Source of the DNA: Bacteroidales bacterium
Lineage (GTDB): Bacteria > Bacteroidota > Bacteroidia > Bacteroidales > SM23-62
Length of the DNA stretch: 33,372 nucleotides
Direction of reading: 5' to 3'
Assembly: GCA_036480555.1 (NCBI GenBank)
Contig: JAZGGT010000623.1
Location: 1 to 33,372, forward strand
A program made the translations under genes and the position numbers. Below the pieces are notes generated by a model that was given only the letters and a program-made list of their open reading frames with translations, was not told the DNA's origin and did not search any database. How positions within the stretch are numbered: position 1 is the first letter of the stretch; each line of letters begins with the position of its first letter. Below, in pieces: positions 10,298 to 20,439 of the stretch.

Positions 10298-10681
10298 TTA
10301 CACTTCGTCGATCTCGCGGATCTCGATGGGGATGTCAACGGTGTGCTTGTAGTGTTCACCCAGGTCCTCAATGGATTCATCATCGGTCTCAAAGCACCAG
10401 ATGATCTTGACCTCTTTGCCTGCCTTGACCAGTTTGTGCAGACGACGGAGGAGTTCAAGGATATATTTTGAGGAGCCGCTGTTGACATACTCAAGCCTGA
10501 ATTCAAGGACTGACTCCTGATCTATTTCATTGAAATATTCATCCAGCCAGGTCAGTATAGGATCGTAGAAACTTTCCGGATTTTCCGGGATGGATCTTCC
10601 CTTCATCAATAAATAACCTGAGCCGGCATTGAAATCTATAGATGGCGTATTGAATTTAGGCTCTATTATAAGGTTTTTCAT
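10298..10681 (-). CDS. DUF1987 / SiaC-family regulatory (partner-switch) protein
   Basis: 127 aa. TPSIDFNAGSGYLLMKGRSIPENPESFYDPILTWLDEY ... EYVNSGSSKYILELL ... IIWCFETDDESIEDLGE matches the DUF1987 pattern TP.v.fd...G.l.i.G.S.PEn...FY.P...W ... N(T/S)sSsK ... W.ye.dDed. It lies 21 nt downstream of the permease on the same strand. Confidence 0.75.
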   Translation of the reverse strand: MKNLIIEPKFNTPSIDFNAGSGYLLMKGRSIPENPESFYDPILTWLDEYFNEIDQESVLEFRLEYVNSGSSKYILELLRRLHKLVKAGKEVKIIWCFETDDESIEDLGEHYKHTVDIPIEIREIDEV

Positions 10682-10702
10682 CAGCTTGTTATTCTCTCAA
10701 CG

Positions 10703-11950
10703 TTATTCATAATGCAAGGCCATGATGGGATCCAGTTTGCTGGCCTTCTGTGCAGGATAATATCCTGAAACAACACCTACCAGGAAACACAGCACCACAC
10801 CCATGATGATCCAGGGCCATGGAATAAAAAAGGAAGTACCGATGATCATACTGACAAGGTTCCCTACCAGGATCCCGAGGATGATCCCGATGGCGCCTCC
10901 CATTTGTCCTATCAATACGGATTCAAAAAGAAATTGTTGCCTTATGGTGCTGGACTTGGCCCCTATGGCTTTGCGTATCCCGATTTCACGGGTTCTCTCC
11001 GTAACCGAGACCAGCATGATGTTCATCAAACCTATCACTGCTCCGAATAAGGTAATTATACCAATAAGTGTTGCCGCAATGGTCACAAATTTCAGGTTTT
11101 CTATCATCATATTTGCGATACTGTCGCTTTTGTTGATATGAAAATCGGATTCATCTTTCACATCCAGGTTCCTTACCTGCCTGAAAACACCTTCGGCTTC
11201 CCCTTCGGCAGCGTCCATCAGCATTCCGTCTGCCGGGGTCACATTGATGGAATACCTCATATTGGGCCTTGAGAAATACTGCCGGACGTTAGTATAGGGT
11301 AAAATACATAAACGGTCTCCTGCCCCACCCATGGATGATCCTTTCTCGGCAAGTATGCCGATGATCTTATACTTGCCGTTGCCTATGGTGACAACCTTGT
11401 CCAGAGCCGCTTCATTTTTATCGAATACTTTATCGATAACAGATTGTCCGACAAGGGCATAGTTCCTGTTTGATTCTACCTCCTGTGCACTAAAATTCCT
11501 TCCCTCGCCAATATCATACCCTGCCGTATTAAGATAGTTCTCATCCGCCCCGATAACGCTGACATTGGGATGAGTTTTTTCAGACTTGTACTTCACTGTC
11601 GCAATACCTGTGGCACGTGTCCAGATGGAAACTTCGGCCGGAAATGCAAAGGTTTCCTTGAATTCACGGGCCTCCCTGTAGGAGATATAATCATAGTTCC
11701 GCCGGCGTTCCCGCTCACCGCCAAAATGCACATTGATTGACCTGCTCTCGATGGAAAAAGTATTCGCCCCCATCCTGCTAAATTCTTCGGTAATAGAGTT
11801 CCTTATGGCATCAATGGCTGTCAGGATGCCGACCAGGGCCATGATGCCGAATCCAATGATCAACATGGTGAGAATAGCCCTGAGCATATTGGCCCGGATG
11901 GACCGCATACTAATGCGAAGGTTCTCTGAATATAGATGTAAGAGTTTCAT
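10703..11950 (-). CDS. ABC transporter permease, MacB/FtsX family (MacB periplasmic domain + FtsX domain)
   Basis: 415 aa with one N-terminal TM helix, a roughly 230-aa extracytoplasmic domain, and three C-terminal TM helices carrying the typical [15 protein letters not shown] motif. No ATPase gene is adjacent. Confidence 0.9.
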   Translation of the reverse strand: MKLLHLYSENLRISMRSIRANMLRAILTMLIIGFGIMALVGILTAIDAIRNSITEEFSRMGANTFSIESRSINVHFGGERERRRNYDYISYREAREFKETFAFPAEVSIWTRATGIATVKYKSEKTHPNVSVIGADENYLNTAGYDIGEGRNFSAQEVESNRNYALVGQSVIDKVFDKNEAALDKVVTIGNGKYKIIGILAEKGSSMGGAGDRLCILPYTNVRQYFSRPNMRYSINVTPADGMLMDAAEGEAEGVFRQVRNLDVKDESDFHINKSDSIANMMIENLKFVTIAATLIGIITLFGAVIGLMNIMLVSVTERTREIGIRKAIGAKSSTIRQQFLFESVLIGQMGGAIGIILGILVGNLVSMIIGTSFFIPWPWIIMGVVLCFLVGVVSGYYPAQKASKLDPIMALHYE

Positions 11951-12075
11951 AAATTCCTGACAGTTAATACCACGGGCTTCGTGCCAGAAGGCATATTTAA
12001 TTTTTAAAAATACGAATTATTAAATTAGCTTATTAAATTTGTTATTATTTTGTAATACTTAATTCACAATCAGCC

Positions 12076-14340
12076 ATGATATTTGACCTGGACATGATCC
12101 GTAAGGCATACAAACTCCTCCCGGAGAAGGTAGACCATGCCAAAAAAACATTGAACAGACCCCTGACGTTGACAGAGAAGATCCTTTATTCGCACCTGGA
12201 GGTGGACCAGGAATTCAGGGATTTTAAAAGGGGGGAAGATTATGTCTATTTCAATCCTGACCGCGTTGCCATGCAGGATGCCACGGCACAGATGGCACTC
12301 CTGCAATTCATGCAGGCTGGCAGGGACAGGGTGGCTGTTCCGTCCACTGTGCATTGTGACCACCTGATACTGGCAGAGAAAGGGGCCGAAGAGGACCTGG
12401 CCAGGTCAAAGGATTTGAACCGCGAGGTATTTGATTTCCTTGCTTCCGTCTCCAATAAATACGGGATAGGATTCTGGAAGCCAGGTGCAGGGATCATACA
12501 CCAGGTGGTCCTGGAAAACTATGCATTCCCGGGAGGCATGATGATAGGCACCGATTCACATACGGTGAATGCCGGTGGACTGGGGATGGTGGCGATAGGT
12601 GTGGGAGGAGCGGATGCCGTGGATGTCATGGCCGGCATGCCCTGGGAACTCAAATTCCCCAAATTGATCGGGGTAAAGCTCAGCGGCAAGCTCAGCGGGT
12701 GGACTTCCGCCAAGGATGTGATCCTGAAGGTGGCGGGTATCTTGACCGTAAAAGGGGGAACCGGCTGCATCGTGGAGTATTTTGGGGACGGGGCCAACAG
12801 CATTTCATGTACGGGGAAAGGGACCATTTGTAATATGGGAGCCGAGATCGGGGCTACCACCTCACTGTTTGGTTATGACCAGAAAATGAATGAATACCTT
12901 AGCGGTACAGGCAGGAAGGAGATCGCAGTCCTGGCAGGGGATATAGCTGCATACCTGGACGGGGATCCGGAAGTATACAAAGATCCGGATACCTATTTTG
13001 ACCAGGTGATAGAGATCGACCTTTCGACGCTGGAGCCGCATATCAACGGGCCCTTCACCCCCGATAAGGCCTGGCCCCTATCAGCCTTTGCAAAGGCTGT
13101 GAAAGATAACGGGTATCCGGCAAAGCTGGATGTTGGACTCATAGGCAGTTGTACCAATTCATCCTATGAGGATATCACCAGGGCTGCTTCCGTGGCCAGG
13201 CAGGCCCTTGAAAAGGGATTGAAAGCCAAATCGGAATTTACCGTTACACCCGGCTCAGAAATGGTCCGGTATACCATGGAAAGGGATGGCCTCCAGCAGG
13301 TTTTTGAGAATCTGGGCGGTGTTGTACTCGCCAATGCCTGTGGGCCGTGTATAGGACAGTGGATGAGGCACAATGCAGCCAACCTGGAGGAGAATTCCAT
13401 CATCACCTCTTTCAACAGGAACTTTGCCAAAAGAAATGATGGCAACCCCAAAACCCATGCTTTCGTGGCATCCCCTGAAATTGTTACGGCTTTGGCCATT
13501 GCAGGTGATCTGACCTTCCACCCGGGAAAAGACATCCTGACCAATGAGAAGGGGGAAGAGGTTTCTTTGGATGAGCCTGTGGGACTCGAAATGCCGCCTG
13601 CCGGATTTGGGGTGGAGGACAACGGATACCAGGCACCTGCCGAAGATGGTTCAGGCATTGAGATCATTGTGAAACCGGATTCCGAAAGGCTGCAATTGCT
13701 TACCCCATTCAACCCCACCGGCGGGGTAGATCTCAGGGATATGAAGCTCCTGATCAAGGTCCAGGGCAAATGCACGACCGACCATATCTCCATGGCCGGA
13801 CCCTGGCTCAGGTACAGGGGGCATCTCGACAATATTTCCAACAACCTGATGATAGGGGCCGTAAATGCTTTTAACCAGCAGACAAATGCGGTAAAGAACC
13901 AGCTCTCAGGCAACACAGCACCCGTTCCGGTTACGGCCAGGTCTTACAAGAAGGAAGGCCTGAAATCTGTGATCATCGGAGATGAGAATTACGGGGAAGG
14001 TTCCTCCAGGGAACATGCAGCTATGGAACCCAGGCACCTGGGCGTAGGTGTCGTACTGGTTAAGTCATTCGCCAGGATCCATGAAACTAACCTGAAAAAA
14101 CAGGGTGTGCTGGCCCTTACCTTTGCCAACAGGGATGATTATGACCTGATCAGGGAGGATGATACTTTCGAGATCAAAGGCCTTGACCAATTTTCCCCCG
14201 GTAACCCCCTCCAGCTGGTGCTGCATCATGCAGATGGAAGCAAGGATGAATTTCCTGTGAACCACTCCTACAATAATAAACAGATCGAATGGTTCAAAGC
14301 AGGCTCAGCACTTAACCTGATCAAGGAAGATAACAAATAA
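12076..14340 (+). CDS. acn: Aconitate hydratase (mitochondrial-type, 754 aa)
   Basis: Contains [50 protein letters not shown] and GSSREHAA, which are aconitase Fe-S ligand and substrate motifs. Confidence 0.97.
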   Translation: MIFDLDMIRKAYKLLPEKVDHAKKTLNRPLTLTEKILYSHLEVDQEFRDFKRGEDYVYFNPDRVAMQDATAQMALLQFMQAGRDRVAVPSTVHCDHLILAEKGAEEDLARSKDLNREVFDFLASVSNKYGIGFWKPGAGIIHQVVLENYAFPGGMMIGTDSHTVNAGGLGMVAIGVGGADAVDVMAGMPWELKFPKLIGVKLSGKLSGWTSAKDVILKVAGILTVKGGTGCIVEYFGDGANSISCTGKGTICNMGAEIGATTSLFGYDQKMNEYLSGTGRKEIAVLAGDIAAYLDGDPEVYKDPDTYFDQVIEIDLSTLEPHINGPFTPDKAWPLSAFAKAVKDNGYPAKLDVGLIGSCTNSSYEDITRAASVARQALEKGLKAKSEFTVTPGSEMVRYTMERDGLQQVFENLGGVVLANACGPCIGQWMRHNAANLEENSIITSFNRNFAKRNDGNPKTHAFVASPEIVTALAIAGDLTFHPGKDILTNEKGEEVSLDEPVGLEMPPAGFGVEDNGYQAPAEDGSGIEIIVKPDSERLQLLTPFNPTGGVDLRDMKLLIKVQGKCTTDHISMAGPWLRYRGHLDNISNNLMIGAVNAFNQQTNAVKNQLSGNTAPVPVTARSYKKEGLKSVIIGDENYGEGSSREHAAMEPRHLGVGVVLVKSFARIHETNLKKQGVLALTFANRDDYDLIREDDTFEIKGLDQFSPGNPLQLVLHHADGSKDEFPVNHSYNNKQIEWFKAGSALNLIKEDNK

Positions 14341-14353
14341 TAAAAGTACATTC

Positions 14354-14656
14354 ATGCTTCTGAAGATCATCACATGGCTCGAATCGCACCAGGGTACCTG
14401 TTCATTCCGGGAACATGCGGGGATTGAGTGTCCCGGTTGCGGACTGCAGCGGAGTATCCTGGCACTGCTGAGGGGAGACCTGGTCGAAAGCATCCTGCAA
14501 TTCCCGGCTCTCCTGCCACTGATGGCCATGTTTGTATTCCTGGGCTTCCACCTGGTCTTCAAGTTGAGACATGGAGCCTTTGTCCTGAAAATGTTTTATA
14601 TCACGAATATTTCCATCATCGTAATGAATTACATCTACAAACTAATTATTCATTAA
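14354..14656 (+). CDS. DUF2752 family membrane protein
   Basis: 100 aa with the CPGCGLQRS motif followed by two hydrophobic helices, as in DUF2752. Confidence 0.7.
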   Translation: MLLKIITWLESHQGTCSFREHAGIECPGCGLQRSILALLRGDLVESILQFPALLPLMAMFVFLGFHLVFKLRHGAFVLKMFYITNISIIVMNYIYKLIIH

Positions 14657-14668
14657 TCCAAACCAACC

Positions 14669-15055
14669 ATGGAAACAATTGAACAATCACCCAAAGGAGA
14701 TACCCCTGTAGGACAGGTCATAAAAGTTCCCATTCCTAACTCGCAGGGCATCCTGATACTTGGCATATTCTCCCTGGTCACCACTATTTGTTGCGGCGGG
14801 ATAGGTTTTGTGGGACTCGTCCTCGGGATCATCGCTGTAGTGATGTCCTCAAAGGCAGAGCAAATGTACGCGGAAAACCCCGCTCCATACACTGAAACCT
14901 CCTATAAGAATGTAAATGCGGGGAGAATTTGCGGGATCATCGGGATCGTGGTGAATGGCGTAATAATCCTTGCCGGCATCATTTACCTGATCGTTGTCGG
15001 GGCTGGACTGACGGCTTTCTTCAGCTCATTCCCCTGGGAGAATGTGATCAATTGA
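14669..15055 (+). CDS. Small CCC-motif / DUF4190-like membrane protein
   Basis: 128 aa with two hydrophobic helices, the first containing TTICCGGIGFVG. This family often pairs with DUF2752 in Bacteroidota. Confidence 0.65.
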   Translation: METIEQSPKGDTPVGQVIKVPIPNSQGILILGIFSLVTTICCGGIGFVGLVLGIIAVVMSSKAEQMYAENPAPYTETSYKNVNAGRICGIIGIVVNGVIILAGIIYLIVVGAGLTAFFSSFPWENVIN

Positions 15056-16134
15056 GATTAGCGGAACGCATAGATGCTTTTGTCAGTCTGGGTGAAGTTC
15101 TGAGGGAGGGATTACATGAAGCCGACCTGAAAACGCTTTCTCCGGACAGCCCGGGGGAAATACTTTTTCAATCAGGGGAATTACTGGACCTGGCAGGTGA
15201 GGCCGGGGCTGTGAATCCATGGTTTACACCATATTCCATCTACCAGGCCCTCACCAATGCCTGCCGGATGCTTGAGCGGGATCACCTGGTGGACTGGACA
15301 GGCAGGTATGATGAGAAAGAGCTTGACAGACCTTCAGTTAAAAACATCGGGACAATTCTTGCAGGGAATATCCCTCTGGCTGGTTTTCACGATTTCCTTT
15401 CCATCCTTATCAGCGGTCATCACTTTACAGGGAAAGCCTCAGGGAAAGACGACAGGCTGCTGCCCTTCCTGGCAGATAAACTGGTATCTCTCCAGCCTTC
15501 CTTCGGCAACCGGTTCTCCTTTGTGGAAGAGAAACTTGGCCGGATTGATGCCATCATTGCCACCGGGAGTAACAATACTTCCCGGTATTTTGCCTATTAT
15601 TTCGGGAAATATCCCCATATATTCCGGAAAAACAGGAATGGTGTTGCAGTGCTGAGCGGAAATGAGAACGTGGAAGAGCTCACATCCCTGGCCGATGATA
15701 TTTTCCTGTATTTCGGACTTGGCTGCCGTAACGTGGCAAAGTTTTATGTCCCGGAAGGCTTTGACTTCAAAGGGTTTTTCCCGGCCATGGAAAAATATAA
15801 ATCTGTCAGGCATCATCATAAATATGCCAATAATTACCTCTACCGCCGGTCAATCTTCCTGATGAACAGGATAGAACACCTGGACAATGAATTCCTGTTG
15901 GTATGCCCGGATACCAGCTTCAGTTCGCCGGTCAGTGTACTGCACTATGAAACGTACGGAGACCTTGCAGCCGTAGACAGGCACCTTTCCCTGTACCGGG
16001 AAGAGATACAATGTGTGGTCACTTCGGCACCCGTCGCAACACCCAGGATCCCCTTCGGTGAATCCCAACACCCACTGTTGTGGGAGTATGCAGATAATGT
16101 GGATACTTTAAAATTTTTAAGTAACTTGTCATAA
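15052..16134 (+). CDS. LuxC-like acyl-CoA reductase family protein
   Basis: Starting at TTG 15052, the product begins MRLAERIDAFVSLGEVL, typical of Bacteroidota LuxC-like proteins. The track start (ATG 14929) would add about 40 aa read out of frame through the upstream membrane-protein gene. TTG overlaps the upstream TGA (TTGA). Confidence 0.7.
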   Translation: MRLAERIDAFVSLGEVLREGLHEADLKTLSPDSPGEILFQSGELLDLAGEAGAVNPWFTPYSIYQALTNACRMLERDHLVDWTGRYDEKELDRPSVKNIGTILAGNIPLAGFHDFLSILISGHHFTGKASGKDDRLLPFLADKLVSLQPSFGNRFSFVEEKLGRIDAIIATGSNNTSRYFAYYFGKYPHIFRKNRNGVAVLSGNENVEELTSLADDIFLYFGLGCRNVAKFYVPEGFDFKGFFPAMEKYKSVRHHHKYANNYLYRRSIFLMNRIEHLDNEFLLVCPDTSFSSPVSVLHYETYGDLAAVDRHLSLYREEIQCVVTSAPVATPRIPFGESQHPLLWEYADNVDTLKFLSNLS

Positions 16135-16143
16135 AACTAAGAT

Positions 16144-16596
16144 ATGGTCCTCAAGTTCAGGTTGATATCAAATGAACAGGATGATTTCATCCGTGATATT
16201 GAGATCCTGGATGACCAGACCTTTTTTCATCTCCACGAAGCCATCCAGGATAACCTGCATTTTGACAAATCGCAGATAGCCTCCTTCTTTATCTGTAACC
16301 AGAAATGGGAAAAGGAGCAGGAGATCACTCTTTTTGAGCTATCGGAAGAAGAAGCTGCCAAGGTGCTTGTCATGGACAACACCAAAATCGGGGATCATAC
16401 ACAGGGCACCCATGACAAGATGCTCTATGTATATGATGTCTTCAATGAAAGATTGTTTTTCATCGAGCTGGTGGAAATCCTGAAACAGGACAGCTCAAAA
16501 GCCTACCCCCGCTTCAGTTTTGAAAAAGGGCAGGCCCCCCAGCAGGTTTTCATGGATGATGAAATGTTCGACGACTCCCCTCCGGATGAAGAATAA
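16144..16596 (+). CDS. pRiA4b ORF-3 / MM3350-like domain protein (hypothetical)
   Basis: 150 aa. LKFRLISNEQDDFIRDIEILDDQTFFHLHEAIQDNLHFDKSQIASFFI follows the MM3350-like pattern (L.v.L....iwR.i.v....tf..LH..Iq...g....H...F). It has an acidic C-terminus. Confidence 0.5.
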   Translation: MVLKFRLISNEQDDFIRDIEILDDQTFFHLHEAIQDNLHFDKSQIASFFICNQKWEKEQEITLFELSEEEAAKVLVMDNTKIGDHTQGTHDKMLYVYDVFNERLFFIELVEILKQDSSKAYPRFSFEKGQAPQQVFMDDEMFDDSPPDEE

Positions 16597-17506
16597 ATAC
16601 GCGATTTTCATAGTCGGTCCAACCGGAGTGGGAAAAACAGCCATGGCAGTGAAGGTGGCTGGAGCGCTGGGGACCGAGATCATTTCTGCGGATTCAAGGC
16701 AGGCCTATAAAGAACTGAATATTGGTACTGCGGTGCCCGGTACGGAACATCTCAGCAGAGTCAGGCACCACCTTCTACACCACCGCTCTGTACAGGATAA
16801 TTACAATGCCAGCATGTTCGAGGCGGAAGCCCTGCAGATCATGGAAAAGCTCTTCAGGGAACATGATACAGTTGTTATTGCGGGTGGATCGGGACTCTAC
16901 ATCCAGGCGCTCATTGTGGGAATAGACGATGTCCCCGGGGTGGATCCAGAGATCCGCAAGAAGCTGTTGAAAAGGCTCTATGACGAGGGACTGGAAAGCC
17001 TTAGGTTTGAGCTGAAGAAACTGGATCCGGCCTCCTGGGCATCCATTGATCTTAAAAACCCGGCAAGAATTCTGAAGGCCCTTGAGATCAGCCTGACAAC
17101 CGGCAAGCCTTATTCATCCTTCCTGACAAGAAAAAGCAAGCACAGGGATTTCTGCACTCTGAAGATTGGACTGAACATGGACCGTGCCCTGCTTTATGCC
17201 AGGATTGACGAGCGGGTGGAAGACATGATGGAGGATGGCCTCCTGGATGAGGTTCGGTCCTGCCTGGCCTACAGGGACCTGAACGCACTGAATACCGTCG
17301 GGTATAAAGAATTATTTGACTATCTTGACGGCCGGATCAGCCTGGATGTGGCCGTCCGCCTCATCAAAAGGAACAGCAGAAGATATGCCCGCAGGCAGCT
17401 GACCTGGTTCAACCGTGATGATGAAATAGCCTGGTTCGGTCCAGACCAGTTCGAAAAGATCATGGACCATATCCTCCGGAATGCTCAAACAGGATATCAA
17501 ATATAA
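16586..17506 (+). CDS. miaA: tRNA dimethylallyltransferase
   Basis: Has the P-loop IVGPTGVGKT plus SADSRQAYKELNIGTA and YARRQLTWF. ATG 16586 (MKNKYAIFIVGPTG) is preferred over the track start at 16520. It overlaps the upstream gene by 11 nt. Confidence 0.93.
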   Translation: MKNKYAIFIVGPTGVGKTAMAVKVAGALGTEIISADSRQAYKELNIGTAVPGTEHLSRVRHHLLHHRSVQDNYNASMFEAEALQIMEKLFREHDTVVIAGGSGLYIQALIVGIDDVPGVDPEIRKKLLKRLYDEGLESLRFELKKLDPASWASIDLKNPARILKALEISLTTGKPYSSFLTRKSKHRDFCTLKIGLNMDRALLYARIDERVEDMMEDGLLDEVRSCLAYRDLNALNTVGYKELFDYLDGRISLDVAVRLIKRNSRRYARRQLTWFNRDDEIAWFGPDQFEKIMDHILRNAQTGYQI

Positions 17507-17945
17507 CATAAGGGTATATGCCCTTATCATCAATGATCGGAAGGAGATTCTGCTGAGCGATGAATACCAGCTGGACATGAAGATGGTGAAATTCCCGGGA
17601 GGTGGTATGGAACACGGGGAAGGGACCATCGATTGCCTGCAGCGGGAAGCCATGGAGGAATTCGGTCAGTCTCTCGTCAACATCAGGCATTACTACACCA
17701 CTGACTATTACCAGCCGGCCCTTTTCTTCAGGGACACACAGTTGGTCAGCATTTATTACCTGGCTGATTTCAGCGAGGAAATCCGTTTCAGGCTGTCCAG
17801 TAAACCCTTTGATATCCCGGAAATGAAGAATGGACAGCAATCCTTCCGATGGGTGCCCCTGTCCGGGGTCGTGGAAGAGGATCTTACCTTCCCGGTTGAC
17901 AGGAAGGTGATCCGCCTGTTAAAAGACATCAAGGATGCTGAATAG
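17481..17945 (+). CDS. Nudix hydrolase
   Basis: Has the Nudix box GGGMEHGEGTIDCLQREAMEEFG (G-x5-E-x7-REUxEExGU). It overlaps miaA by 26 nt. Confidence 0.85.
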   Translation: MLKQDIKYNIRVYALIINDRKEILLSDEYQLDMKMVKFPGGGMEHGEGTIDCLQREAMEEFGQSLVNIRHYYTTDYYQPALFFRDTQLVSIYYLADFSEEIRFRLSSKPFDIPEMKNGQQSFRWVPLSGVVEEDLTFPVDRKVIRLLKDIKDAE

Positions 17946-17966
17946 CCGGGCTGAGATGGGAATGGT

Positions 17967-19046
17967 CTACTTTTTCCGGGGCATAGCCTCTTTAAATTCC
18001 CTGATCAATGTCTCAATTGTTTCCTTAACAGAGATGATCTTTGTGGCAATATATGCATTTGACCCGGCGAAGGCGAAGCCATTATAAAAGTTCCCTTTCA
18101 TGGCATTGACCAGGGCGGCCACAATGCAATATGGAGTAGATTCTATATCGCACGTTTTCAGGCATTTATATGGACATTTAACCGGACGTTTCTCCCCCCT
18201 GTTTATCTTGTCAATGAATTCATTTCTTATGGCACGTCCTGGCATTCCAACCGGACTAATGATTATTTCCATATCCTTTTCATAGGAATCAATATAGGAT
18301 TGCTTGAACGCTGTGGAGGCGTCACATTCATCGGTGGTAACAAAACGGGTTCCCAGCTGTACCCCGGATGCCCCCTTGTCCATTATTTCCTTTATGTCCG
18401 CCCCGGTATAAATTCCACCCGCAGCGATTACCGGAATGGTAACGTTATATTCTTCTTCGAAAACCTTTACCTCTTTAATTACATCGGGCAGCAGCTTCTC
18501 CAGGGTATATTCAGGATCGTCGAGCTGGTTCCTTTTAAATCCCAGGTGCCCCCCGGCTTTTGGTCCTTCCAGGACGATGGCATCCGGCAGGTAATCATAC
18601 TGCTCTTTCCATTTGGTACATAAGATCCTGGTAGCCCTTCCTGATGAAACGATGGGGACAAGCTTGGTTTTTGATCCCTTTGTCAAAAACCCGGGAAGAT
18701 TCATGGGAAGGCCGGCACCGGAAAATATGATATCGATGCCTTCTGAGATGGCTGTTTTTACGAGTTCCGGAAAATTGGTAAGGGCAACCATGATATTCAC
18801 ACCGAGAACTCCACTGGTTATTTCTCTTGCCTTTTGAATTTCTCTCGTCAGGGCCCTGATGTTCGCTTCGACAAAATTCTTCCTGTAATCAGGTTCAAAC
18901 ATGCCGATACAGGCAGCTGCAATCACTCCTACCCCACCTTCGTTTGCTACTGCCCCTGCCAGTCCCGACATGGATATACCTATGCCCATTCCCCCCTGAA
19001 TGATAGGAAGTTTAATCTTCAGATCCCCAATATTTAAATCCCTCAT
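17967..19046 (-). CDS. NAD(P)H-dependent flavin oxidoreductase, nitronate monooxygenase / FabK family
   Basis: Contains LPIIQGGMGIGIS, VIAAGGIYTGADI and GASGVQLGTRF, typical of NMO/FabK TIM barrels. The ORF is open to 19100, but Met at 19046 (MRDLNIGDLKIKLPIIQGG) matches usual family N-termini. A Cys-rich stretch KCPYKCLKTCD lies near the C-terminus. Confidence 0.8.
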   Translation of the reverse strand: MRDLNIGDLKIKLPIIQGGMGIGISMSGLAGAVANEGGVGVIAAACIGMFEPDYRKNFVEANIRALTREIQKAREITSGVLGVNIMVALTNFPELVKTAISEGIDIIFSGAGLPMNLPGFLTKGSKTKLVPIVSSGRATRILCTKWKEQYDYLPDAIVLEGPKAGGHLGFKRNQLDDPEYTLEKLLPDVIKEVKVFEEEYNVTIPVIAAGGIYTGADIKEIMDKGASGVQLGTRFVTTDECDASTAFKQSYIDSYEKDMEIIISPVGMPGRAIRNEFIDKINRGEKRPVKCPYKCLKTCDIESTPYCIVAALVNAMKGNFYNGFAFAGSNAYIATKIISVKETIETLIREFKEAMPRKK

Positions 19047-19182
19047 TATACAAGCTCTCATTAATAATCTGGGCAAAGCTACGCTTTTTTTCTGATTCAT
19101 CCCTAAAATGCCAATTATGACGAAAGGTATTAGATTTATAGTTAATTAAAGTGTACTTACGCGCCTCTTTTAACCAAAGATG

Positions 19183-19199
19183 CCTCCCCGACCGGGAGG
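19183..19199 (-). terminator. Candidate GC-rich hairpin directly after the hddC-gmhB stop
   Basis: CCTCCC (19183..19188) pairs with GGGAGG (19194..19199) around a 5-nt loop. On the minus strand it starts 1 nt after the TGA stop and is followed by CATCTTTGGTT, a poor U-tract. Confidence 0.25.
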
Positions 19200-19200
19200 A

Positions 19201-20436
19201 TCAAACAGGCTGTAGTATGCTGGTTAATAATTCATTGAAGTCAAACAATGATGCAATTGAATAACCTTCAACCTTATTCGCCGACTCATCATATATTAGG
19301 ATAGAAATCATTTTTGTTCGTTTGCCAAATTCCAGGTCCTTTTTGGAATCTCCAATGAGGATGCTTTTGGTAAAATCAATTTCCGGAAAATCCTTCTTTG
19401 CCTGAAGAGCCATACCTATACCAGGTTTTCGCATTGGAGAGCCCTCTTCTTCCAACTGGGGTGCATGATAAATAGCATCAATATTTCCTCTCATTTTCCT
19501 GACTTTTTCTAACAGGAAGCTGTGTATTTGATTCAAGTCTTCCTCTGTCATTACTCCCTTTCCTATTCCTTGTTGGTTTGTCACAATGATAAGCCTTCCA
19601 AAAAAATTCGAAAGACTCACAATTGAATCAAGTGCCCCCGGAATAAACTCAAACTCATTTAAGGATTTGACATAATCTTTATCCAATTTTCTATTGATTA
19701 CTCCGTCTCTATCAAGAAACAAGGTCCAGGACTTGTCAATCTTAGGAAACATGCTTATTTCATATTGCGCCCTTTTGAAATCTTCAGGTATTCCAATATC
19801 CAGAAAATAGCCTTTGGAAATAGCTCCAAAGAAATTCAATTGATTGGCTTTGGTTTTAAAAAAATCCTTTTCAATTGAAAATATATCTGGAAAATCAAGA
19901 CGTCTGAATGAACTTACATTGAAAATATAAAGTCCACCATTTATCAATCCCTCCCCGGTAAATTGCTTTTCTGAAAAACTGATAATCTTTCCAATTCCAT
20001 CTACTAAAATTGTACCGTATCTATCAAATTTTCGCATCGGTTTAAGTGCCAGTGTTACATCCGCTTCATACGCTAAATGAATCCTGAATTGAGCTTGCAT
20101 ATCTGAAAAGAAAAGAGAATCTCCATTAGCAATAACAACATGATCACCAACTACAAATTGCATTGCATTTTTAATGGCTCCTCCTGTACCCAGCAGTGTT
20201 TTTTCAATGGCATAGGTGATTTCACAGTTTTTATACTGATCTGAAAAATGTTTCCTGATGTATTCAGATTTATACCCAACTGATAGAATAAACCTGGAAA
20301 TACCATTTGCTAAAAGGTGATCCATTTGATATTCCAGAAATGGCCTTGATCCGATCAATGCCATTGACTTAGGTATTTCACTCAGCTCAGACCTAAGCCT
20401 TGTACCAAGTCCTCCAGCTAAAATGATTGCCTCCAT
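19201..20436 (-). CDS. Bifunctional sugar-1-phosphate nucleotidyltransferase (HddC-like) / HAD-IIIA heptose-1,7-bisphosphate phosphatase (GmhB-like)
   Basis: The N-terminus has ILAGGLGTRL and GTGGAI of NTP-transferases. The C-terminal half has HAD-IIIA motifs FLDRDGVIN, VTNQQGIGKG, RKPG and GDSKKD. Assignment to the heptose pathway rests on the adjacent gmhA and hddA. Confidence 0.8.
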   Translation of the reverse strand: MEAIILAGGLGTRLRSELSEIPKSMALIGSRPFLEYQMDHLLANGISRFILSVGYKSEYIRKHFSDQYKNCEITYAIEKTLLGTGGAIKNAMQFVVGDHVVIANGDSLFFSDMQAQFRIHLAYEADVTLALKPMRKFDRYGTILVDGIGKIISFSEKQFTGEGLINGGLYIFNVSSFRRLDFPDIFSIEKDFFKTKANQLNFFGAISKGYFLDIGIPEDFKRAQYEISMFPKIDKSWTLFLDRDGVINRKLDKDYVKSLNEFEFIPGALDSIVSLSNFFGRLIIVTNQQGIGKGVMTEEDLNQIHSFLLEKVRKMRGNIDAIYHAPQLEEEGSPMRKPGIGMALQAKKDFPEIDFTKSILIGDSKKDLEFGKRTKMISILIYDESANKVEGYSIASLFDFNELLTSILQPV

Positions 20437-20439
20437 ACT

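Noticed and set aside
10211-10471. 86-aa track ORF in and beyond the GH31/DUF1987 convergent gap
   Set aside because: Most of it is antisense to the well-supported DUF1987 gene, and it has no recognisable features.
13164-13916. Long antisense ORFs inside known genes: 250 aa antisense to aconitase, 202 aa at 28821..29429 antisense to ilvB/ilvN, and 201 aa at 31526..32131 antisense to tsaC
   Set aside because: The sense strands carry unambiguous family motifs. The antisense translations are low-complexity (rich in S, P, G and R) with no recognisable domains. They are typical shadow ORFs of codon-biased genes.
14929-15051. ATG-based 5' extensions of the LuxC-like gene (14929), miaA (16520), tsaC (31445) and GH28 (GTG 7024)
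   Set aside because: The extensions overlap upstream genes out of frame or add residues absent from family-typical N-termini. Internal starts give canonical N-termini.
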